Below, in pieces: positions 43,243 through 49,886 of a DNA stretch of 49,886 nucleotides (within the stretch, counting starts at the first letter, position 1; every line of letters begins with the position of its first letter). Location of the stretch: assembly GCA_964431685.1 (NCBI GenBank), contig CAYSLA010000004.1, positions 2,458-52,343 of the forward strand. Direction: 5' to 3'. The DNA comes from an uncultured bacterium. GTDB lineage: Bacteria > Armatimonadota > UBA5829. The notes under the pieces are model-generated. The model made no database searches. It was given only the letters and a program-made list of their open reading frames with translations, and was not told where the DNA came from. Made by a program: the position numbers and the translations under genes.

Positions 43243-44133
43243 ATGGTAGAGCAAGAGAAGTCCACATGGCGCACTAAAGTAGGCCTGGCAGAGATGCTGA
43301 AGGGCGGCGTGATAATGGACGTCACCAACGCCGATCAGGCGAAGATCGCTGAGGATGCCGGCGCAGTCGCGGTAATGGCACTGGAGCGCGTTCCTGCAGA
43401 CATCCGCAAAGAGGGCGGAGTCGCCCGGATGTCCGATCCCGAAAAGATCGTTGAGATCATGAATGTAGTCAGCATTCCGGTTATGGCAAAAGCTAGAATC
43501 GGCCATTTTGCGGAGGCTCAGGTGCTCGAGGCCCTTGGCGTCGACTACGTGGACGAGAGCGAGGTCCTGACTCCTGCTGACGAGATGTATCACATCGACA
43601 AGCACCTCTTCAAAGTCCCGTTCGTATGCGGATGCCGCGATCTTGGTGAGGCGCTACGCCGTATTGGCGAAGGTGCGGCTATGATTCGCACCAAGGGTGA
43701 GGCCGGCTCGGGGAACATTGTTGAGGCCGTGCGGCACATGCGGACTGTCGTTAGCCACATGCGAAAGATTCAGAACATGCGGCAGGACGAACTGATGGCC
43801 GAGGCAAAGAACCTGGGCGCGCCGTATGATTTGGTGGTAGAAGTGCATAAGACAGGCAAGCTGCCTGTACCGAACTTCTCCGCGGGCGGCATCGCGACTC
43901 CCGCCGACGCCTCGCTTATGATGCAGTTAGGCGCCGAGGCGGTCTTTGTGGGTTCCGGGATATTCAAGTCCGAAGACCCGGCTGTCCGCGCTAAGGCTAT
44001 TGTTGACGCCACGACACACTACATGGACTTCAAGCTGATCGCAGAGCTCTCCAAGGGATTGGGCAAGGCAATGGAGGGACTGGATATCAGGCAGTTGGAC
44101 GAGAAAGACATGCTCTCCGTGAGGGGCTGGTAG
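43243..44133 (+). CDS. pdxS: Pyridoxal 5'-phosphate synthase lyase subunit
   Basis: [33 protein letters not shown]. Confidence 0.98.
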   Translation: MVEQEKSTWRTKVGLAEMLKGGVIMDVTNADQAKIAEDAGAVAVMALERVPADIRKEGGVARMSDPEKIVEIMNVVSIPVMAKARIGHFAEAQVLEALGVDYVDESEVLTPADEMYHIDKHLFKVPFVCGCRDLGEALRRIGEGAAMIRTKGEAGSGNIVEAVRHMRTVVSHMRKIQNMRQDELMAEAKNLGAPYDLVVEVHKTGKLPVPNFSAGGIATPADASLMMQLGAEAVFVGSGIFKSEDPAVRAKAIVDATTHYMDFKLIAELSKGLGKAMEGLDIRQLDEKDMLSVRGW

Positions 44134-44137
44134 GCCG

Positions 44138-44788
44138 GTGAGTGCGGTGTTGGACGCTTCCGTCGCGGGCGTGGAAAGAGCTGGCGCACAGGCGGAAGTG
44201 TCTCTTCGTATCGGCGTGTTGGCGCTTCAGGGTGACTATCACAAGCACCTCGCAATTCTCGAGGAGATTGAGTCGGTACAAGCTCATCTTGTGAAGATGC
44301 CGGAGGAGATAGATCGTCTTCACGGTCTGATAATTCCAGGCGGCGAAAGCACGACCGTTGGAAAGCTGATGGCGAGGTATGGGGTTGATGAGGCTATCAG
44401 GCGCGGGGTTGAGCGCGGGATGGCCGTGTTTGGCACGTGCATGGGAATGATCATGCTCGCCAGCGAGATTGAGGACAGCGACCAGCAGCGCCTGGGACTG
44501 ATGGACATAACTGTCCGCAGGAACGCCTTTGGCAGGCAGGTCGATAGTTTTGAGTGCGATTTGGCGATCCCCGAGGTATGCGATGGTGCGGTGCGTGCCG
44601 TATTCATCCGGGCCCCATACGTTACGGCAGTCAGAGGCCGCGCACAAGTGTTGGCGAGGCTGGACAGCGGCGAAATAGTGATGGTGCGTCAGGGTTCCTG
44701 TTTGGGGGCTGCGTTCCATCCAGAGCTCACCAATGATGCCCGCGTGCACCGATATTTCTGCAGGGTGGCATCTGAATCAATGAGGTGA
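44138..44788 (+). CDS. pdxT: Pyridoxal 5'-phosphate synthase glutaminase subunit
   Basis: GVLALQG, PGGEST, GTCMG, RNAFGRQVDSF, FHPE. Confidence 0.97.
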   Translation: MSAVLDASVAGVERAGAQAEVSLRIGVLALQGDYHKHLAILEEIESVQAHLVKMPEEIDRLHGLIIPGGESTTVGKLMARYGVDEAIRRGVERGMAVFGTCMGMIMLASEIEDSDQQRLGLMDITVRRNAFGRQVDSFECDLAIPEVCDGAVRAVFIRAPYVTAVRGRAQVLARLDSGEIVMVRQGSCLGAAFHPELTNDARVHRYFCRVASESMR

Positions 44789-44814
44789 TTTCCGGCAGTT
44801 GCCTGAACGGCGCC

Positions 44815-45540
44815 TTATCGACGTTCGACCACCTCGGTCTGCTGCTTGAGTTTTATGACCTGGTTAGGGCCGTAGTATCCTTTCTTCAGGGAGAGGTTGG
44901 CGTAGACCAGTGTGTTCTTCCCTATCAGACACCCCGGGCTCGTTACCGTGTTGCAGCCCGTTTGCACTCCATCGCCGAGGACGGCGCCAAACTTCGGCAG
45001 GCTTGTGTCGTAAACCGTGTCCTGGATGACTAGTTTGATTGATGGTCGTTTGCCAGTCTGCGGGTCCTTGACGCTCACCACCGGCACATTGGATAGACGC
45101 GTACCAGCCCCCAGGTTCACTCCGCGCCCGAGGATGCTGTCACCTGCATAGGCAAAGTGCGGACACTGTGCCGTATCCAGCATGATCGTGTTCTTCAACT
45201 CAGAGCAGTGGCCAATGATGCAGTTGTCACCGACTAGAACGTCGCCGCGGATGTATGCGCCGTGCCGTATCTGGCAGTTTCTGCCGATTATGCAGGGGCC
45301 TTGCACAAAGGCGCCTGGTTCCACCACAGTGCCTTCGCCGATGACCACAGCGTCCTTGTCATCTACGTACGCGCCCTTCATAACGGTGCCGGCTATCTGA
45401 CAGTCGGCATCCATAGCCATTATGTAGTCAAAGGCAAATCTGCCTACGCGCCGCAATGCCTCCCAGACGTACTCGCAGTCTTCGAACACCGCCCTGTATT
45501 CGAACCCCTCAAGATCGAAGAAATCCTCCGGTTTGAGCAT
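44815..45540 (-). CDS. Stand-alone hexapeptide (LbH) acyltransferase, GlmU C-domain-like
   Basis: Hexapeptide repeats; HFAYAGDSILG..VNLGAGT, KFGAVLGD; ATG 45540 after AAAGGA. Confidence 0.8.
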   Translation of the reverse strand: MLKPEDFFDLEGFEYRAVFEDCEYVWEALRRVGRFAFDYIMAMDADCQIAGTVMKGAYVDDKDAVVIGEGTVVEPGAFVQGPCIIGRNCQIRHGAYIRGDVLVGDNCIIGHCSELKNTIMLDTAQCPHFAYAGDSILGRGVNLGAGTRLSNVPVVSVKDPQTGKRPSIKLVIQDTVYDTSLPKFGAVLGDGVQTGCNTVTSPGCLIGKNTLVYANLSLKKGYYGPNQVIKLKQQTEVVERR

Positions 45541-45574
45541 ACCCGTTCCTTTCGAATAGAACAACTTGAATCCA

Positions 45575-45603
45575 ATTATATGGAGTCTACGAATGCGTGT
45601 CAA
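45575..45603 (-). promoter_or_regulatory. Consensus sigma70 promoter
   Basis: TTGACA-17-TATAAT. Confidence 0.85.
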
Positions 45604-45782
45604 TAACGGTCAGTGGGCACAGTGGTGTTATAGCGCTGATGCCGTTTTGTGGGGCAGGGGGTGGCCATTCTCTAGGCCAAGACGCCCGCTTGGGAAATGA
45701 AGGAATATCGGGTGGAATAGAATAACTCAAATGTGGGAATACTGACTTCAATAATACCAGACACGGAGGTTTCGAGTAGACT

Positions 45783-46352
45783 ATGGTAAAAGGGACTCAG
45801 ACTGAGACCAACATTCTGACCGCGTTTGCGGGCGAATCGCAGGCAAGGAACAGGTACACCTACTACGCCAGCCAGGCAAAGAAGGAAGGCTACGAGCAGA
45901 TTTCCTGGATATTTGAGGAGACCGCAAACCAGGAAAAGGAGCATGCCAAGAGACTCTTCAAGTTGCTTGAAGGCGGCGATGTGGAGGTCACGGCGGCTTT
46001 CCCGGCTGGTGTGATCTGCACTACTTTGGAGAATCTGAAAGCTGCCGCCGCAGGCGAACACCACGAACAGACCTCGATGTATCCGGACTTTGCGAAGAAG
46101 GCGCGCGAAGAAGGCCTGAACAGCATCGCGGACATATTTGAGGCAATTGCGATCGCTGAGAGACAGCACGAGAAGCGTTTCAACGCAGTGGCCGCGAACA
46201 TCGAGGCAGGAACAGTGTTCCAGAAGCCGCAGAAGGTAGTCTGGCGCTGTCGCAACTGCGGCTATCTGAGTGAAGGTACGGACGCACCGAAGGTATGTCC
46301 GGCGTGCAATCACGCTCAGGCACATTTTGAGCTCTTGGGCGAAAACTACTGA
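45783..46352 (+). CDS. rbr: Rubrerythrin
   Basis: [27 protein letters not shown]...CPAC. Confidence 0.96.
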   Translation: MVKGTQTETNILTAFAGESQARNRYTYYASQAKKEGYEQISWIFEETANQEKEHAKRLFKLLEGGDVEVTAAFPAGVICTTLENLKAAAAGEHHEQTSMYPDFAKKAREEGLNSIADIFEAIAIAERQHEKRFNAVAANIEAGTVFQKPQKVVWRCRNCGYLSEGTDAPKVCPACNHAQAHFELLGENY

Positions 46353-46369
46353 CCGGAGGACAACACAAA

Positions 46370-46744
46370 GTGACTGAAAGACTTCAGGTTTACAAGTGCG
46401 ACCATTGCGGGATCATCGTCGAAGTGCTGCACGCGGGTGCTGGAAAGCTTGTCTGCTGTGGTGAGCAGATGAAGCTTATGACTGAGAATACCGTGGACGC
46501 TGCTAAAGAAAAGCACGTTCCGGTCGTCGAGAAGACGGCTGATGGTTACAAGGTGACCGTCGGCAGCGTCGCACATCCGATGGAGGAGAAGCACTACATC
46601 GAATGGATCGAGCTTCTTGCCGACGGCCAGGCATACAGGCAGTTCCTGAATCCTGGTGACGCTCCCGAAACGTTGTTCTGCATCAACGCAACAAATGTCA
46701 CCGCACGGGAATACTGCAACCTGCACGGTTTGTGGAAGAGCTGA
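46370..46744 (+). CDS. dfx: Desulfoferrodoxin (superoxide reductase)
   Basis: CDHCG...[25 protein letters not shown]. Confidence 0.96.
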   Translation: MTERLQVYKCDHCGIIVEVLHAGAGKLVCCGEQMKLMTENTVDAAKEKHVPVVEKTADGYKVTVGSVAHPMEEKHYIEWIELLADGQAYRQFLNPGDAPETLFCINATNVTAREYCNLHGLWKS

Positions 46745-46874
46745 CACTGTTTGCTGGTGGCAGTCGCTGAGTATTGACAAGGGCTATGCTTCGGGAAAGG
46801 CAGATGCTTCGGGACGGGGAACTGTCCCGAAGCATAGCTCGTAGTTCGTCAATGTTTAGACTGGAGGATCCAAA

Positions 46875-47036
46875 TTGGACAAATGGGAATGCGACCTTTG
46901 CGGATATGTCTATGACCCTGCGCTGGGCGACCCGGATAACGACGTTGCGCCTGGAACGGCGTGGGATGATGTTCCGGACAGTTGGGTGTGTCCCGACTGC
47001 GGCGCTGGCAAAGATAGTTTCACCAAACTTGATTGA
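46875..47036 (+). CDS. rub: Rubredoxin (53 aa; absent from ORF track)
   Basis: GGAGG then TTG; [53 protein letters not shown]. Confidence 0.95.
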   Translation: MDKWECDLCGYVYDPALGDPDNDVAPGTAWDDVPDSWVCPDCGAGKDSFTKLD

Positions 47037-47043
47037 CGCTCGA

Positions 47044-47077
47044 TTGATCCCTGAAGTATCATTGCCTCAGGGATCAA
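47044..47077 (+). other. Stem-loop between rub and fprA
   Basis: ttgatccctga...tcagggatcaa; no U tract. Confidence 0.5.
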
Positions 47078-47096
47078 CTGTGTCTGGAGGATGTGT

Positions 47097-48323
47097 ATGC
47101 AAGCGATTGAGGTAAAAAGCGGAGTCCACTGGGTTGGAGCAATCGACTGGGATGTTCGCGATTTCCACGGGTATCTTACCGAGCTCGGTTCTACTTACAA
47201 CGCGTTTCTGGTAAGAGACACCAAGACTGTCCTGTTTGACACAGTGAAGAAAGGCTTCTTTGATGATCTGATTCATCACATATCGCAGGTGACCAATCCT
47301 GGCGACATCGACTACATTGTGGTCAACCACGTTGAGATGGACCATACGGGTGTGTTGCCGGAAGTCATTGATCTGGTGCGTCCGGAGAAGGTCTTCTGCT
47401 CAGCAAATGGTAAGAAGGCTCTGCTCGCTCACCACGAAGGCGTTGATTGGCCGCTGGAGGTTGTGGCAAACGGCGACAAGCTTGAGTTGGGCGACCGATC
47501 AGTGCAGTTCCTGGAGACAAAGATGCTGCACTGGCCAGATTCCATGATGTCATTCATCGCTGAGCAGAATCTGCTGATCTCGCAGGATGGTTTTGGCCAG
47601 CATTGGGCGACAAGCGAGCGCTACGATGATGAAGTGGAACCCGGTGAGCTCTACTATCAGGCCAGGAAGTACTACGCTAACATCATACTGCCATACTCAA
47701 ACTTCATCCAGAAGCTGCTGCAGACCGTTAAGGAAAGTGGCATCAGCATCGATATGATCGCGCCGGACCACGGTCTAATCTGGCGACGAGACGTGGCCAA
47801 GATCATCGACTGCTATGACCAGTGGAGCAGGCAGGTGACTTGTTCCAAGGCTGTTATTGTCTACGACACGATGTGGGACAGCACCCGCAAGATGGCGAAG
47901 GCAGTGGCGGAAGGCATTCAGAAGCAGGGCGTTGCGGTGAAGTTAATGAACCTGCAGTCAGTTCACCGCAGCGACGTCGTGACTGAGCTTCAGGACAGCC
48001 GAGCACTGGTTGTTGGCTCGCCGACCCTGAACAACGGTCTTATGCCTCGTGTCGCGGACGTGCTCACCTATCTCAAGGGGTTGCGTCCTGCGGGCAAGGT
48101 AGGAGCGGCGTTCGGGAGCTACGGCTGGGGCGGCGAGGCAGTGAAGCTGGTCAACGCAGGTCTGACGGAAATGAATGTGGAACTGCTGCATGACGGCCTG
48201 CGCGTGAACTACGTTCCGACAGAGGCGGACCTGGCTCAGTGTGTCGAACTAGGCGAGAAAATCGGGTCTGCGGTGAACAATCAGTCCGCGTGTGAGATTC
48301 ACGGCCAATCGGCTGCACGATGA
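47097..48323 (+). CDS. fprA: Flavodiiron protein (FprA, O2/NO reductase)
   Basis: NHVEMDH, LHWPD, PDHG, flavodoxin domain with GSPTLN and FGSYGWGG. Confidence 0.95.
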   Translation: MQAIEVKSGVHWVGAIDWDVRDFHGYLTELGSTYNAFLVRDTKTVLFDTVKKGFFDDLIHHISQVTNPGDIDYIVVNHVEMDHTGVLPEVIDLVRPEKVFCSANGKKALLAHHEGVDWPLEVVANGDKLELGDRSVQFLETKMLHWPDSMMSFIAEQNLLISQDGFGQHWATSERYDDEVEPGELYYQARKYYANIILPYSNFIQKLLQTVKESGISIDMIAPDHGLIWRRDVAKIIDCYDQWSRQVTCSKAVIVYDTMWDSTRKMAKAVAEGIQKQGVAVKLMNLQSVHRSDVVTELQDSRALVVGSPTLNNGLMPRVADVLTYLKGLRPAGKVGAAFGSYGWGGEAVKLVNAGLTEMNVELLHDGLRVNYVPTEADLAQCVELGEKIGSAVNNQSACEIHGQSAAR

Positions 48324-48369
48324 GTAGGTTGAATCTTGCCGCCAGACTCACAGGAGGAGGTGCCTGCTA

Positions 48370-49143
48370 GTGTTCAGACTGGCCAGTTTCAATGCCAACT
48401 CAATCAGATCACGAATGCCAATCATCCTGGACTGGATTGCGGCGAATGATTGTGATGTGCTCTGTGTTCAGGAGACCAAAGTCACCGACGCCGACTTTCC
48501 TGTGGACGCTATCAGGGACGCCGGCTTACACTGTGTGTTTAATGGACAGAAGTCGTATAACGGAGTCGCGATCATCAGCAAGACTCCCCCTGATGACGTC
48601 GTCAAAGGTCTGGGAACTCCGGCAGAGGAAGCGAGGGTGATAAGAGCGAGGTTCGGCGATGTGATCGTGCTAAATACCTACGTGCCGCAAGGGACTTCGC
48701 CTGACTCCCCCAGATTCCAGTACAAGCTCGATTTTATCGCGGGCATTCCTGGTCTTCTCTCGGAGGAGTTCGGGGCCGGTGACAAGATTGTCTGGACGGG
48801 TGATTTCAACGTGGCTCCCAAGCCGATAGACGTATACGACCCGGAAGGACTTTTGGGCAGCGTCTGCTATCATCCGTTAGAACAGAAAGCCTTCGAAGCG
48901 GCGATGTCCTGGCCGTTTCAGGATGTTTTCCGCAAACACCACCCTGACGAACCGTACCAATACACCTTCTGGGACTATCGAGTGCCGAACGCGGTGAAGC
49001 GGAAGATGGGGTGGAGACTCGACCACATCGTCGCCAGCAAGCCCCTGGCTGACTTGTCGGTCAACTCCTGGATCGACATTGCGCCCCGCATGCTCGAGAA
49101 ACCGTCTGACCACACTTTCATAGCAGCCGACTTCGACATATAG
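48370..49143 (+). CDS. xth: Exodeoxyribonuclease III
   Basis: FNANSIR, VQETK, GDFNVA, GWRLDH, PSDH. Confidence 0.95.
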   Translation: MFRLASFNANSIRSRMPIILDWIAANDCDVLCVQETKVTDADFPVDAIRDAGLHCVFNGQKSYNGVAIISKTPPDDVVKGLGTPAEEARVIRARFGDVIVLNTYVPQGTSPDSPRFQYKLDFIAGIPGLLSEEFGAGDKIVWTGDFNVAPKPIDVYDPEGLLGSVCYHPLEQKAFEAAMSWPFQDVFRKHHPDEPYQYTFWDYRVPNAVKRKMGWRLDHIVASKPLADLSVNSWIDIAPRMLEKPSDHTFIAADFDI

Positions 49144-49157
49144 AAAGCAACGCAAAA

Positions 49158-49215
49158 TGTCATTTCGACCGCAGGGAGAAATCCCCGGAGACTTTTCCCT
49201 CTTGTCGGAATGACA
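49158..49215. repeat. GTCA...TGAC palindromic element, copy 5
   Basis: tgtcatttcgaccgcagggagaaatcc...ttgtcggaatgaca. Confidence 0.8.
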
Positions 49216-49244
49216 GAAGGAATCTTCTTGATCGGTGGAGAATA

Positions 49245-49273
49245 TTGACATCAACCGAACAAGGTGGTATCCT
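49245..49273 (+). promoter_or_regulatory. Sigma70 promoter
   Basis: TTGACA-17-TATCCT with extended -10 TG. Confidence 0.65.
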
Positions 49274-49354
49274 ACACTTAAGCTGACAAATCGGCAACCA
49301 ACGAAACTGCCTGACGTCAGTTTGAGCAATCGCAGATTATTGGAGGCATTTAGG

Positions 49355-49886
49355 ATGAAGAAAGTATGGTTCTTTGTTGCAGTAGTATTGGCGCTGGCGT
49401 GTATGGTTGTGTCGGGGTGCAACAAATCCGGCCAAGATGCCAGTGGTATGCGCACTAACGCCAAACCCGGACCGAAGGCCATTGACGTTAAGGTCAACCC
49501 CAAAGACGGCGCGGAGATGGTGTGGGTGCCGGCGGGTGAGTTTTTGATGGGCAGCAGTGATGATGATGTCGCACAGCTACTGAATGAGAATCCAGAATGG
49601 GGGGCTGAGAGGTTCAATGATGAAAAACCCCAGCGAGAGGTCTATCTGGACGGTTACTGGATGTACAAGCATGAGGTGACCGTTGCACAATATCGCAAGT
49701 TCTGCGAAGAAACGTACCGAGAGATGCCGCCCGCGCCGAAATCGGGATGGAAGGACGATCATCCGATGGTGATGGTTACCTGGACTGATGCGTCGGCTTA
49801 CGCGAAGTGGGCTGGAATGTCTCTGCCGACAGAAGCGCAGTGGGAAAAGGCGGCTCGTGGAACCGAAGGCAGGATATACCCCTGGG
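49355..49886 (+). CDS. FGE-sulfatase (SUMF1/EgtB/PvdO) domain lipoprotein, partial
   Basis: Lipobox VSGC; WVPAGEFLMGS, EVTVAQY, LPTEAQWEKAARG, YPW; runs off the window. Confidence 0.9.
   Translation, partial: MKKVWFFVAVVLALACMVVSGCNKSGQDASGMRTNAKPGPKAIDVKVNPKDGAEMVWVPAGEFLMGSSDDDVAQLLNENPEWGAERFNDEKPQREVYLDGYWMYKHEVTVAQYRKFCEETYREMPPAPKSGWKDDHPMVMVTWTDASAYAKWAGMSLPTEAQWEKAARGTEGRIYPW

Noticed and set aside
45700-45770. PerR/Fur box upstream of rbr
   Set aside because: AT-rich, but no convincing inverted repeat

Overview
Bacterial chromosomal segment, mostly housekeeping with accessory patches. It is probably Armatimonadota (inferred from pilin style, PEP-CTERM and the C-terminal dockerin-like module) and anaerobic or microaerotolerant (rubrerythrin-SOR-rubredoxin-FprA cluster). 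Contents: a giant secreted papain-family protease (10 Ig-like repeats, dockerin-like tail) with an in-frame TAG; MFS, GNAT, MoeA-like, yjbQ-psuG-nitroreductase, holA, a solo type IV pilin, ppk2, ridA, DUF1015, GH125-like, eda; two tandem 410-aa double HD-GYP genes; two divergent CIRCE-controlled groESL operons flanking a GNAT; rarA; ytxH-rsbV-rsbW-sigB-like; fem-alr; prs-like; an ArnT/GT2/YdjC envelope-modification operon with an in-frame TGA; hisIF; a rearranged patch (orphan MNT, HEPN stub, PEP-CTERM, truncated gene); pdxST; an O2-detox operon; xth; a partial FGE-family lipoprotein. No rRNA, tRNA, CRISPR or transposase was seen. The most notable signals are the two in-frame stops, several enzyme homologues with eroded catalytic motifs (MoeA, RsbW, Prs, GH125, HD-GYP), a five-copy mosaic GTCA...TGAC palindromic element and a near-leaderless promoter architecture. 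Family consensus comparisons are from recall, not database searches.
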